Shown here one piece after another: positions 50,535-64,000 of a stretch of DNA of 64,000 bases. The notes beneath the pieces were generated by a model. The model was not told where the DNA came from and did not search any database. It saw only the letters and a list, made by a program, of their open reading frames with translations. How positions within the stretch are numbered: the stretch's first letter is position 1; every line of letters starts with the position of its first letter. A program made the translations under genes and the position numbers. This DNA comes from Lama guanicoe (taxonomy: Eukaryota): assembly GCA_013239625.1 (NCBI GenBank), contig MU057354.1:27676459-27740458 (forward strand), written 5' to 3'.

Positions 50535-53500
50535 GGAGCTTACTTAACATCTCTGTTTGTGTTCTTGTTTCCTTCAGTGTGTTATGGTAGGGAGGCTGGG
50601 GAGAGATCGTCATTATCAAAAAAAACAAAACAAAACCCAAAAAAACCCCTATTTTTATTATGGAAATTTTCAAACATACAGGAAAGTAGAGAGAGAATGG
50701 TATAATGAACCCCACATGTCCATCACCCAGCTTCACCAATTGTTAACAAAGACAATTTATTTCTCAATTATACTCTATTGTCTCCATCTCCTTGTTTTCC
50801 TTGCTCAAGAGGGAATAGATCTGTCCCTTCAAATTTTCCATCCTTTACTATTTTGTCTTGTGACTTAGATGATGGGTCATTGTCCCCTGCTCAAGATTGT
50901 GACCCATTACATGAACATGTTCCACAGCTAGCTGATTGCTGGGGTTGGGAGACAATCTGATGCAAGGCTGAGAAGATCTGAAAGTCCTTTGACAGCTCTG
51001 AGCACATTTACAGTGGGAATATGAGCAGTTCTGTTTCCTGAGCTATTTACATAAGGGTGCATAGTGAATTACCTTAGAAACAGATTCTTCTGGTGGCATT
51101 TGAGCTTCTTCTGTGATGCTAGGATATTAATAAAAAAACAAATCTGAAGCTCTCGGTGAGTACGAATTGCTGTGGAAATGCTTAACATTTAAGTCTGAGA
51201 ACTCCCTAAATCCACATCACTATTTCAAAAACTGCAGAGAATTTCCTTCATGATTTTTCACCTTACCGGTGACTCTATAACATATGGGTGTATCTATATC
51301 TATATAACTATACCTGACATATATAGATATATGTCCCAAGTCAGCGTTTGGCAGAAACTCTGAGCCTTTTTGTTTCTGGACAAGCCAAAGCATGGAATTT
51401 CATGACTGAGTTCTGGTAGAGCTCAGTAGACCTTGGTGGTCCATGTAGAAGCACCCGCTGGATGTTGACTGCTTGGTGGATTGAAATCCTTTCTCTGCTC
51501 CTTCAGCCTGGGTCCCCACGATGATCTGAGGGGGCCTTCAACACACATCCTTTTGCTGGAGATAATGAAACTATTTCACCACCTTTATGGGCAGTTTTGA
51601 GGGATTTTGATGTATTGGAGATGAACGTGTCACTTTCATTTATAGACGAGGAAACTGTATGTTGGCATCATTAACAACATGTTCACTCTGTGATATCTTC
51701 CAGAAATACATTGTCTGGAGGATACCGTGGGCGGCGTGAGTTACAGTTCTCACAGGATGCTGGGTTTTTGTGCTTCTCTTGTCAGCAATGCTCATTATAC
51801 TTTAAGAAGACACATGATTTAAATTAAAAAAAATCAGTTGATGAGTGCATAGCAGGGAAAAAGGATTATTGTTTGTGTAGAGTAGTTGGGAGCACAGGTC
51901 ACTGTTTCTGCCTTGAAGTGGGTGTCCGTGAGTATATGCTTAACTAGCTACTTGAGTAATTGGTTCTAAGCTAGTTATTGGAGTAACAGGTTTAAAAATG
52001 TCATCATTTTTAACATTTCCATTAAAATATCTACATGTCTCTAAAACCTACTTAAAGGAGCCTATGCCTTATTCACAAACTCTCCCATAATCATTGCAAG
52101 CTTATATTATTCAGGCTTTATGACTGAGGTTTAATGACAAGGTGACAGGTACTATTTGAAACGTATGCATTTAGGAATCCCAAAAACATTTTGAATCTTA
52201 TTTTCTTAGTTTCTCTACTCTAGATTTTCAAAACAGCTCTTATTACTTAAGAACAATTAACGTCAGTTTTATAGAATGAAATTGCTGTCTGCTTAAAAAC
52301 TGCTTTTCTTTTTCGTTTTTCCCTAGTGAGCATTAACCACAGAGTGGTAATTTATAGTTGTCATTCCACACAAGTGTGGGCCGCTTGATGAGAGAGGGGG
52401 TGATGGAGAAAACCTTACCTTTAGGGCTTTAGCTCTTTGAATATTTCTTTTTACGTTATCTTGAAGCAAAATAGAAATCATGGCATTCCTACGGCACATT
52501 GTAGAAAGTACGATGAAGCTGTCACTGTCTTACTTGGACACTTGAGCAGAATGCTTTTTGTTGCTGTTGTTGTTAAGTCGGTCTTTGATCTTCCTAAACT
52601 CCTCCCTCACTCTTCTGCCCCTAAAAAGTAATGCTTATTAAAGATGTACTGTGTGGCTCATCTTTCTTTGTTGAAACGGTGTCAGAGTCCTTTTCAATTT
52701 TTGTTTTTCCCATGGGTAGGCTTTGTAGTCAAAGACCTACCTGGGATTAGTTTTAAGAACATTTTAGGGTAAGAGTTCCATTGCGAATTTCCTCCTCCAA
52801 ATCTGAAACTCACCCCAAACCTGTATTTTTGTGAGACTCTGTTGAGAAATGGGACACCAGTGTGAAATGTCATTTTCCATATCAGTTAGAGGAATTTCCT
52901 TTCCATTTGCTGTTCTTTTGCAGGAATCGTATTCATACTGGTATGCTTTTTGGAATGAAATGTTGGTATTTTGCTACTGGAAAGCAGGATCCGTTTATGA
53001 GTGGTGGTAGTAAATCCTAGTGGAACTGAACTGTGCTAACAGAAGACTGCAAAGGTATTTGTTATTCCTCAGCAAGCAGGCTTTCACATCTTTTAGTGAG
53101 AAATTGGAAGGATTAAAAAAGAAAGAGAAGAAAAAAGGAAAAGACAGGCATTGTTGGCTTTAAATAGAAATATAACTAGCATTTTGGTTTAACTGAATAG
53201 ATGCAGTCTGTATAACTATATATAATGCTATAAAATAGGTCACATATGCACGGAGAGTTAATTAAAAATGTTTGAATCTACTATCATGCTTTGAAAACAG
53301 TGCTCCCAGTTCTTATTTGAAATTCCCTGCCAGTGGAAAGGAAAATGTAAAAGGAATGTTTTCCAATGTTCTGTGCTTGGGGCCACTTTGCATTGGTAGA
53401 CCTGAGAGACATCCGTGTACCACTCACCTAGCCTACTTGTTTGCAGCCACAAAGATCCCATTAAGGCTGTTGCTTTTGAAGGGGATCCCAGGGGGATCTG

Positions 53501-54574
53501 ATTATTAATGTTTGCCAGACACAGTAGTATTGACATTGTCGTGTTATTAGCATTACTATTCTAAGAGCCCTGTCATCAAGGACCCCAGGAGACCTAATGA
53601 AGGAGATAAAATGTGTAGCAATCGTCATTTTAGTAATGAACAGTTTTACTACCTGCTTAATTTGTAGCTTGTATAAACAAATGAAAGGAAAACATAAGGA
53701 AAAATATTGAACATTCGTTAACATTGATTTAGGTTGAGAGTTTCAACTTCAGAGTATTGACGTGTTCATTCATAGACAGAAGGGGGCCAGTGGAAATAAG
53801 AATGTGAGGCCAGGTTCTAGGACCTGGCAGAAACGTGTGCAATGGATTAATAATTTGTGCCAGAATGGTTTTCTGGCTATAAATGAAAATCTCATTAGAT
53901 GAAAAATTGCGTTTCCCTCATCACCATCGTGGGGACCAGATTAGAACTCGTGTAAGTGTTGATTGCAGGGTGTCTTTCAGAGACAGACTAACCTCACTAG
54001 TCTGTGCTGTTTATGGAAGTTGACAGTGGGGGAGAGGGGGCACTTTTAAGATTCTGAGAAAGATAGGAACATCATATCCAGGGCAAAGCCAACATTTGCA
54101 TCATCCAGTATTTTGCAAATAGTTTTAATATTTGTAAAAACCATTCCTAGATCTGACAGGATTAAGCAAACCTAATTTGCAGAGGCCAGTGAAATTCAAT
54201 TAATTCAGTAAATATTTCTTGAATGCCTTCTATATGTTTGATATGGTTGCTTGAGTCTTGAATTTGTGATGTCTGTATCAAATTTATGTTTGAGGCGACA
54301 AGAATTTCATGTGTCTTGGATACGAACAGTAGCACAAAGTCTAAAGGAGGGTAGCTAAGGGGAGATCCCCAAGATCCTGATTCATAATGTTATCTGAAGG
54401 GAATAGTGACAACTTTCCAAGTGCACTTCTGTCATTTTGCAGGTGGGGAAATGGAAGTCTACGGAATTAAACATCTTTCACAATATCATAGCTAGTTGCA
54501 GAAGTGGAACTGGCCGATGGTGTCTCGTGTCTATTTGATTGTTATTTTCACTGTCTCTCATAATCTTTTTCTTT

Positions 54575-54855
54575 ATTGTATGATTCCATTTATATGGAAT
54601 GCCCAGAAAAGGCAAATTACAAACACAGAAAGTAGATTAGTGGTTTCCTGGGGTGGGAGTTGGGAATGGAGATTAATTGTGTAAGGTCATAAGGGGTCTT
54701 ATAGAGGTAATGAAAATGTTCTCACACTGGGCTATAATGATGGTTGCATGACTTGATAATTTACTAAAAATACTGAACCTTTTATGATTAGAATGTAATG
54801 GTATGCTTAGAAAAGGTGAATTTTGTGACCTGTTAATCATACCTTAATAAAACTT
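54575..54855 (+). mobile_element. L1M (MB/ME-like) 3' end
   Basis: tatgattccatttatatggaatgcccagaaaaggcaaa...agtagattagtggtt...ataccttaataaa. Confidence 0.8.
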
Positions 54856-55409
54856 TGCTGTTCAACAGGTGTCAATGGACATTATACATGAGCATTAATT
54901 ACCTGGGACCTGATTAGAGAAGAAAAACCTTAGGGCCTTCTCCCAGCCTCTTAATGGGGGGAAAAAAGCAGCATTGTAAGGTAAATTGTCCCCTGAAATA
55001 TTCTGATGATGATGATGATGCTGATGACGATCTCGTTTAGCCAGTTCACTTTTATTGTTTTAATTTAATAGAAAATATAGAAGTAAGCTTTACCCTATCT
55101 TCCTGTCAAAGCCCTTATAAATGTCAAGTTATGATGTCTGAATTAATATAATTTAACTATATTCTCATTCCAGTGGAGAATACTGGATATTTTTTCTTGA
55201 CATGTAAAAGATTGCATATTGTTATGAACATAGGTACTTACACAGATTTTAATTTGGAAAAAGGTATTCATTCAGGTTTTAATTGAAAATTTAGCTCTTA
55301 AAATATTAAATCTTTAAAATGGTCAATACAAAACACTGTGAAAATGTGCAAAATGCCTTAAAATGTTAAATGAGAGAAGTAGGATATAATATTGTATGTG
55401 TGTGTTCAG

Positions 55410-56075
55410 ATATTCAAAACTATTGATTGCCTATACTATGGTAGTCACTCAACTAGATGCCCACAACAGGCCAAAGACAAAAATTAACACACTACCTGGT
55501 CTCATGGAGCTTCTAGTTTACTGAGGAAGACAGATGTTAAAAGAAATAATTACAGAAGTCATCAGTATGCTGTCATTACAGTAAGTGTTAATAAGAAGAA
55601 GGAAGAGGTACTAGAAGAGAATATTTCAGGGGGACATAATTGAGTCTGGATTATAGGGGTTAGTTGTCAGGCAAAGCATGCTGAAAAAGCCAAGTGTAAG
55701 CTGAGTCCTGAAAGGAGGTGAATGGACTTTGGGGAACAGGAGAAGGAATCCTGGAGGGAGGAGAACTTTCTCAGCCAGTGGGAGGAGCCTGGTGAAGTAA
55801 GATGCTGAGAGGAGGAGGTGAGATGCTCAAAAACAGAGATCATATAGAGTGGTTAAAGACAAGAAGGAGTCAAACCATGCATGGCCTTCTAAGTCCTGTG
55901 GAGGATTTTGAGGGATAGGAGAGCAAACAAGGGGTCACTTAAGAGGCTGTGGAAGTGGTTCAGATGGGAAATAATGGTGACTTGGATTTGGGTGTTACCT
56001 GTGCAGGTGGGATAAGGCAGGAAGATTCAAGAGATGGGAGAATGGGTAGGCCTTGCAGATGAATTCTAGATGAAA
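55410..56075 (-). mobile_element. LINE-2
   Basis: tattgattgcctatactatgg...ctcatggagcttctagttta...ggaaataatggtgacttggat. Confidence 0.7.
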
Positions 56076-57199
56076 GATAGGGAATAAAGATAACTATTAG
56101 GTTCCTATGGAGTATGATTACCATTCTGTGCAAATTACAGGGAAAAATGATAGAAGAAATATGCAAAAATCATCAGAGTTGGGTTAAGGTGGAGGGATTA
56201 TACATTATTTTTCTGTCTTTTTTATAACAAATTTTCATAAAGTTGATATTCTATAATTAATGAAAAAACTTTAACACTAAATGATTGCTGACATTTAGAG
56301 AATTGTTTAATCTATCTCCAGAGGGCTGCAATTACCTTAGTTCCATGATTTTCCCTTATCTTTGAGTCTACTGCATTTTCAAATGATATTTCTTTCTCTT
56401 CTCTTGGGACAAAATCAATAATCTGGTACATCTCCTAGCCTGAGAGTAATTCCTATTAATTGTGCCTGCGTTTTGCCATTCTCAGTTTCATTACATCACC
56501 TTCTAATTACATTCCTTTGTACTGTGGATGCTATTTGAGATTTCAGAATCTCCTTTATTGGGGCCAGTTGATAGGTGCCAGTGGCCTTGGAACACAGGTG
56601 CACTCTTGTCGGGAGTTGATTGTGATCGCTTTATAGCTAGGATTATGCAGATTCTTCATTTTGATTGGGTCTTTAAAAAGGTAAATATTAATTAAATATA
56701 TTCATTCTTAAATTCCCTATAAAAACTTTACTATGTGTGAGTCTGATAATGGGTTTCTGTGCAAGGGCAGTGACAGTCTCTTAAGAAAGCTGTATCATTA
56801 AAACCATGTTAAATTGTCCCTCTGGAAATGCTGAAGACCTTATGTGTTTATATAACAACTGAGTATTTGTGGAGCATATTTAAGTCTCTGCTTTGAATAT
56901 AATAGATGCTGCAAAATGCTCAATGGGCTTATTAAATTTGGAGAATGCTTAAACGATGCTGCTGTTACAGTGGCAAAAAAAACCCTCGAGCAATTAAAAA
57001 TTCTCAAGCTGACCCAAGTCTTTTTCAGATCATCATGCTCATATACAAAGCGTTCTGTGCATGGAGTTTGAAAAATATATTTTAAAATAAGACTTCCTTG
57101 ACTTCGGTAGTAGTTTAGTTTTTGTTTTTGTTTTTGTTTCTGTTTTTGTTTTTTTACTTTACCAAACTTGTTTTGGAAAAATTGAGAAGTTTTTAAGAG

Positions 57200-57585
57200 A
57201 CAGCCGAGGTGGAGTAGAAACAGGATAAGAACAGTCTTTGGAGTCAGATAAACCTGAATTTGAACCCTACACTGGCCACTTATTAGGAAAATACTTTTAC
57301 GTTTTTGATTTCTAGTGTCTTCACTGTCTTACTGGCGTTTTGTGAAGATGTGGAATAGCGGATAAAGCAAGAATTTGGAATTCAGCAAAGGAGAATTGAA
57401 ATACCAGTTCCACTCTTTATCATAGGTATGAATCTTGGAGCAAGTCACTTACTCTTTCTGAGCCTCAGTTTTTTCAGCTGCAAAATAGGAAGGCTAAAAT
57501 TTTTCGCCAAGAGTTTTTATTCATGTATGTTGTCAAAAAGTATTGCGTACTGTCAACTGTTTGGCAAATATTAGTTATAATGATA
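57200..57585 (+). mobile_element. Two adjacent MIR SINEs
   Basis: tttggagtcagataaacctgaatttgaaccc...; caagtcacttactctttctgagcctcagttttttcagctgcaaaatagg. Confidence 0.7.
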
Positions 57586-60067
57586 GGGTCCTTTTTCTGA
57601 GGTCTTCTTACCACATTAAGGAAAAGGTTACAAGAGCTTAATACATTTTTACCTTTAAAACTATCAGAAATTTTGGCTTAGTACTGAATAATTGATACTA
57701 AGTGCCTATTATGTACTATCCTCTGTTCTAGATGCTTTGGAAACACTGTGTAATCTAATTTCCATAGTGAACTGCAAGACAGAGGGGGTGCTCCCCATAG
57801 GACAGATTAAGACAGGGGCACCCAGGTAACAAGATTTGCCCTGTGCTCTGCCGTGACTGAGAGAAGATCCAGCAAAGCCTTGTTTTGTGTGACTCTGAAG
57901 CCATTGCTAGTTTTTTAATTTTTTTCTCATTTTTCTGACTCATTTTTCTTAATGTCCACTGATGAAAGTATAGTTTGATTATAGGGCAGTTTCACCCTTT
58001 GCTTTATATTAATTGCTCCCCGCCAAAGGGTCTGTTGGATTGCCCATGCCTCAGCAATGATAATATGGCTGTATTGTATCCATATTGTTGACATCTAGAG
58101 TTCTCAATAGTCCATTTTTACATTTGTTAAGATTCCAGCACTTAGAACACATTTTGGACAAATGGTACAAAAGATATTTCATCTCAGTGGCACATTTTCC
58201 TACCCACACAACAAATTTGCTCTTAACAGAAAACACCTGTAGACTCTTTTGAATCATGTTCAGGATGGATTGCAGCCCATTTTGTAGTTCTTATTTTGAC
58301 TCCATGCATTATTCATCTTTCTAAGCCTTCTCGTTCACGCTAGGTAATACAAAAATGCCTTTCTCCTCAAGGCATGGTAATTGTCCTAAAAATTATAGGC
58401 TTAATTAGCCTCATGACCACTCTGGGAAACCAGTAATAAATAACCCTGTGACAGATGGTTATCTAATCTAATAGATGACACAAGAAAGTTAACTGATGGC
58501 TGTGAGAAGGCACTTTAAATAAGCCTAGTATTCCTGCCTTTTACTTATGATTGCCCTACAGATCTTGGTAGAGAATAAGAAGAGTAGATTTTCCAAACTG
58601 ATTTCTCCTTTAGAAAATGCTAAACATTAACACACTTCAGTAGATGAACTTGTATAAGATTTTGATTTGGGGTTTGGTTACCTGGGGACCACCTCATTGG
58701 AAACATTTTCTTTTCTCTCAGAATGTATCTATCTGACTCTCTCCCAAAGCTGATCATCCTTTAACAACTACACGTGCTTACAGGAGTCCACTTGCGCTTT
58801 CAGCAAAATGACATAGACTTTGAAGGCATGGCCCCTAGAAATTGGTTTTTTTCTTAGGTTGTAACTCTCCTCCATCCAAGCATCTGTCATCAGATAGGAA
58901 ATGAGGTCAGAAAGATTTACCTAACAGCCTTTAAAAGACTGTGAGTATTATTATTCTGAGTACGGCAGGCTTCTTTTCTGTTCCATTTGCACTTGATGAG
59001 GATGATCAAAATATGTGATAAAGCACATGGCTCAGGTAGTTGATAGCTTTTCTCTTATATAAACACATATCTTTACTGTTTAGTCATTTCCTATCTTTAA
59101 AATGACCTTAATTAAACACTTTTATAATTAAAATGGAATTCTAATTAAAATGAAATTTAAAGAAATGTAGCCCTTAGGAATTTGTCAGTGGCTTTGCTTT
59201 CATCTTTATTTATCAATTGTTAGTAATTCTTTATTAGATTGCTAGTGTATTCTGAGTATTTCAGAAGGCCCTGGTCATGTCTGTGGTAGGAGCCTGTATG
59301 TTAAACACACACACACACAGACATGTTTTTTGTTGTTTTGTTTTATACTTCTCATAGTAATGAAATCTCATGAACTATTTTAATTCAAATAATGGATCCT
59401 CTCAGCTACCCCAGACTTTATATGTATTCCTTCTAATCCAGGGACCTGGACTGTCTTCTCTTTTCTTTTCTCATATAGGTTTTTTTTTTCAATTAAAAAA
59501 ATTATTATCACACCAGAATCAACTTTGTCTTCTAAGCAGTGAGAAAGCCTCCAAAAACTAGGGTACCAGGTACCTATCTGATACTATCCTTGGCATGCTC
59601 CACCAATTAAGCTGAAATTTACCTAAGCAGCAAAGATATCTCCATGGTTACTCTGCCAGCTCATAGCCCTTTTGGCTTCAGACTGCTTTAATATGAAATG
59701 AAAGTTTCCTAGTACTGCTAACTAGGTAATTTTTTAGATTCTAGGTGTAGGTGCTCTTCTGTTTAAGTACTTTGGAATTTAACAGCTGACACCCTTTCAT
59801 ACATGGACTGGGATTTGATCTCTTTCCAGTCATTCTGAGATCATCTGACAGTGCTTACTGACGAAAGTAAAGAATCAGTCTTGAAAAGGCAACTTAGTGC
59901 TGAATATATTCAGCCTCAGTATTAAAAGGTTTTTGGCCCACACTGGTAAATTCTTGGGTTTCAAAGCAGAAAGGAACTGTTAGAGGTCTTCTAGTGAGTT
60001 AACTTTACAGATGAAGAAAAATGAAGGAATTAGGGCTACTTGGCTTTAAAATTTTTTATTAGTAACT

Positions 60068-60450
60068 TTCATTCATTCATACATTCATTCATTCACTCAT
60101 TCAGCAAACTTCTATGGTGTCCCTACCCTGTTTGGGTCCTGGAGCTGTAGAGCATAAACACAGTCCCAGCACATATGGTCTCATAGTCCATTGGAAGAGG
60201 AAGATTGGCAAATAACTATCACAAGTCAAACCTTATATCATAAAGGCACACTCAAAGCACTCTGAGGTCACACCTTTGACTGCCGATGAGAAGTTAACAT
60301 AGGGGTTTCATTTTAAAGAATAAGTGAGTATTTACCAGTCAAGGTAGGGAGAGAAGGCATCCTGGGCAGAGCAAACCGAAGTCAGGAAAAAGCCAGTCAC
60401 TTTGGAAAATGATAAGTGTGTTAGTATGATGGGTACATGGAACTCTACAA
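60068..60450 (-). mobile_element. LINE-2 3' end
   Basis: (ttca)n tail followed by cagcaaacttctatggtgtccctac...ctcatagtcca...aaggcatcctgggcagag. Confidence 0.7.
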
Positions 60451-60809
60451 GGAGGGGTGGTGAGCAGTGGCTGAGTCCCCACTGTGGGTTGGGATTAGTG
60501 GGGACAGCTCACACAACTGGACATTCAGTTAGGACAGAAGGTAGGGCTCTGTGAGTTGTGAAAGTACTGAAATAGTTCCAGGCTGGTTGATAAATATCCA
60601 TTGACCTGAGACCCCCTCCACTATCTTATTGCACCCACCCCCAACCTCCTCACAGCTAGTGATTGAACAGGTAAAGAGCTGACACTCCGCAGGAGGCCTT
60701 TAGGGATCCCTTTAGCACTAAGGGCAGTTTCCCAGTGCTGATTTTAACATTTTTTGAGCATCTCTCCTCTTGTTTGCTATGGTAAAAAATGTAAACTTTC
60801 TCCTATAGG

Positions 60810-60975
60810 GTAGGACTTGAAAACCAATTGCCTCCAGGGGTCAGACAGGCTACAAAGAAATGAGCTAAGCAAGTGGGTAAAAACAGCAAGGATTGGTGAG
60901 GACTGTAGTGCATTGGAGGCATTCAAATTAATTCTTTAGTAAACTCTGTGTCACGGAACATGAATTAACATTTGC
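60810..60975. mobile_element. MER102-like hAT remnant
   Basis: aattgcctccaggggtcagacagg...aatgagctaagc...gggattggtgaggactgtagtg resembles my recollection of MER102. Confidence 0.45.
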
Positions 60976-62107
60976 CAGTGCTCAAATTTTACAGTAGAAG
61001 AAATAGGGAGCTCTCGTGGGGTTTTTTTGGCTGTTGTTTTGTTTTTAAACTGAGGGGCTGATGCAAGATTTATTTTTAAAAATATTGCCATGAGGGTTTG
61101 ATGAACAGAGATTACAGAAGACATGGAGATACGAGACCGAGAACATGAGTTGTTACTAGTTTCAAGATTGGATAAGAAAATGCTGGTGTAAATTCAAAGA
61201 TTTGGGGTTGTATATGAAAGCAAAGTTTTCTCTGCATAATAGAACAATAAAAAGGACTATTGAAATATGAAGGAGGAAATGTCATTTCTATCTTTACGAA
61301 GTTCATATACCTAAAACATAGTGGTAGAAGCTAAACCCAGCAATTTTTCAGGGAACTTTCTAGATCTGTGATGCCTTGAAGCATATTAAATTAAGCAAAA
61401 TACTTGTGGAGAAAAAGCAAACAAACAGACAAAAACTGTGGGTAGTGAAATGGGGTGGAACAAATTCTGAAAGGACTTTTCAGTATTACCAAGCAGGGGA
61501 TTTGGGTGGTGACATTAAGATGTTTTCCACAGCTCTGAGTAGGTTTTATTCATCAGTTTAACATACTATGAATACATACTTTGAGTCCATACTATATACT
61601 AGACACTGTTCTATGCACAATTGCAAATAGGATTTGTTAATTCATCTACTGAGGATTTTCTGTCTTCTTAGCATGATTGTAGGCACTGAGAATAAACTAG
61701 AGAACAAAACAGACAATCCCTGCTTTCGATAGAACTTGCGTTCTATGGGAGGAGACAGGCAATAAACCTGATACAAGGTCAGGTATGGTCAACAAACCTA
61801 GAGGATGGATAGAAGCTGGGGAAGACTAGAGACTGAAACCAGGTATGTAATAGCTGAAGAAATCAGAGTGTAGGGAAAGGTGGTCACTATACAAAATGTA
61901 ATGGAAGAGTCTTCACAGACCCCAAACTAGCAGAACTTGGGATGGATGGAATGGAAAGGAAGGTTGAAGAGAGAAATTCTCAACCACTAGAATGTTGTTA
62001 GTCTAGAGGATTGAACACTTGTTGTAGCAAAAGTGATGTGCTGGGTTTTGATGCACCGAAGTTGAGATTTTAGTGAGACATCCAAGTGTAGCTATTTTCT
62101 TAGATGA

Positions 62108-62477
62108 GCATTTCTCAAATGTTGGTGAATGTCACAGTCACCCTGGGAACCTGACAAAAATACGAAGGTCCAGATGCTATTCCTTCAACCAGCCTGTGTT
62201 TTTTGTTTTGTTTTGTTTTTTTAATTTTTAAATTGAAGTATAGTTGATTTTCAATGTTGTGTTAGTTCCTGGTGTACAGCATAGTGATTCAGCTATACAT
62301 ATATATACAGATACGTACATATATATATTCCTTTTCCTATTATTTTTCATTATAGGCTATTACAAGATACTGAATATAGTTCCCTGTGCTGTATAGTAGG
62401 ACCTTGCTGTTTATCTCCTCTGTGTTCTTTATTCGTTCACCAGGTGATTCTGACACAGCAAAGTTTGAGAACAACTG
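62108..62477. mobile_element. MER5-like hAT MITE interrupted by an L1 tail
   Basis: ttctcaaa...caccctgggaacct... and caggtgattctgacacagcaaagtttgagaacaactg. Confidence 0.75.
62201..62417 (-). mobile_element. Short 5'-truncated L1 3' end
   Basis: T-rich tail then aaattgaagtatagttgatt...tagtaggaccttgctgtttatc; TSD ctgtgttttt (62194) / ctgtgttctt (62420). Confidence 0.88.
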
Positions 62478-63944
62478 GCTTAGATAATCAGAGATGCAAG
62501 CCTGGAAAGAGGGATTGAACTAAGGGCTGGAGATGTATATTTGGGAATTTTTTTAAAAAGTGTTGAGACTTATGGATGGGGTCAACTCTCCCAACTGATG
62601 AGTGTATAGGAGGAAAAGGAGAAACTATAGGATAATGAATGATTGCATATATGTAGTTGATGAGAAGACATGGAAGAGTCTTAAAGACAGACACATGAAT
62701 TATTCAGCATAAGGAAAGTGTAGGGAGCTTAGCTTCCCTTTAACTGGAATGTGGGCTCCATGGGAACAGAGACCTCAGGGTTACCTTATACCTGGCATTG
62801 TGCCCAGCACTTAATAGGCCCTTAATCAATATTTGTTTATTGAATGAATCAATGCACCGATGAATGGCTGTCATGAAATCTAAAGAGAAATGTTTAAGAG
62901 GATGTAGGCAATCATGTCAAATGGAGGAGTCTGAGGTCAGAAGGGGTGAAATTTACAGAATTGCTGATAGATTTGGTCAGAAGGAAGCTATATTACTATA
63001 AAAGATGGTGTAATTAAGTGCAAGCAGTGAATTTAGGCTCTGCTGTCATTTATAACATTGATCCAGGGCTTTAGATGAGCAGTGTAAAGGCAGTAAGATG
63101 TGTATGTACATACATAATACACACACATATGCTTCTGTGTACATGGGTATGTGTATGTGTTTGTATGCATGTATATCTGTGAAAGTATAGATATTTATCC
63201 TGAGTCTTCATTGTGTCCTGCTGCTCTGTTGAGTTCTTGTAGCTGCCTCCTTCCAGCGGTAAATCTTGTGGGAAGAAGTATTTCTCAGCAGTCTCGCAGG
63301 TTGTGAAGGGCCATCTTTGGGAAATTGGAACACAGACAAAAGCAACTTCCGAATGCTTGGGTCATGTGTCTGATACGCTGCATAACCCACTTGCCACTTT
63401 CAGTCTTTCAGAGGTTGATTGTTCCCCAAGAATAGGTTTAATTTCTAGAAGATGCATACAAAGTCCTGCTTTAAGATTTGTTCAAAGATTTTTAATTCCA
63501 GGCACACCTTTCCTTTGAAAGGATAAATCTTTGTGTCACAAAGCAGAGATGCTTATTAGCCTGCTCTCTAGGATCTGCAGATTCATAGATGAAGCATCCA
63601 ACCTTTGGTGTATTTTGAAATGTCATGTCTAACTGCCTCTTAATGAAGATTCATTTATCCTTTTCCCACTGTTAAGGATGGTCTAAGGTGATAGACTTCT
63701 CTTGGTCCGCATGAATAGAGCCTGTTACTGCTAATGGAAGTTTTGCATGTGTCTTCAGAGGTCAATAGGCATTGAAATAATCTACTTCTGGACTTTCACA
63801 GTCATTTTTATTTAGCTGCCATAAAGTTTTCAATGATGATCCCTTTCTGTCCCCAAATACTGTGCAATACTGATTGTAAGAATTTGGTGATGGGCCAGAG
63901 GTTGTAACTTTAACAGGTGTAAGTATTTCTTTCCTCTATTTCAG

Positions 63945-64000
63945 CTGAGAAGTTTTGAGAGTGAACTATTCACAGCCATTAAGAGACCTCCAATTTAATG
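63945..64000 (+). other. SYT16: Probable start of the next SYT16 exon (the exon carrying the ATG of the TM-less isoform), cut off by the window end
   Basis: Acceptor tatttctttcctctatttcag|CTGAGAAG with a TTAAC branch-point candidate at 63910-63914. The sequence resembles my recollection of the human SYT16 5' leader, and the ~20 kb spacing from the TM exon is plausible. Confidence 0.55.

Overview
Mammalian genomic DNA, most likely from a camelid: it carries a tRNA-derived SINE resembling Vic-1 and cetartiodactyl-type L1 3' ends. It looks like a draft assembly, with most N-gaps inside L1 copies. The window is almost all intronic and repeat-rich (L1, L2, MIR, MLT1/MLT2 solo LTRs, hAT MITEs). The only convincing coding sequence is a 180-bp, phase-1/phase-1 exon on the + strand (43360-43539). 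It encodes a SYT14-like N-terminal transmembrane anchor and is best read as the TM exon of synaptotagmin-16 (SYT16), a gene usually described as lacking a TM domain. A probable next exon starts at 63945, and splicing to it stops the TM frame after four codons. This suggests a splicing switch: skipping that exon would give membrane-anchored SYT16, while including it would give a TM micropeptide/uORF ahead of soluble SYT16. Other observations are a tailless U2 snRNA retrocopy inside an L1, a ~110-bp micro-inversion splitting an MLT2 LTR, a 43-bp local templated duplication flanked by fold-backs, and candidate RE1/REST, RFX X-box and CTCF sites. Gene and repeat-family names come from recall, not from database searches.
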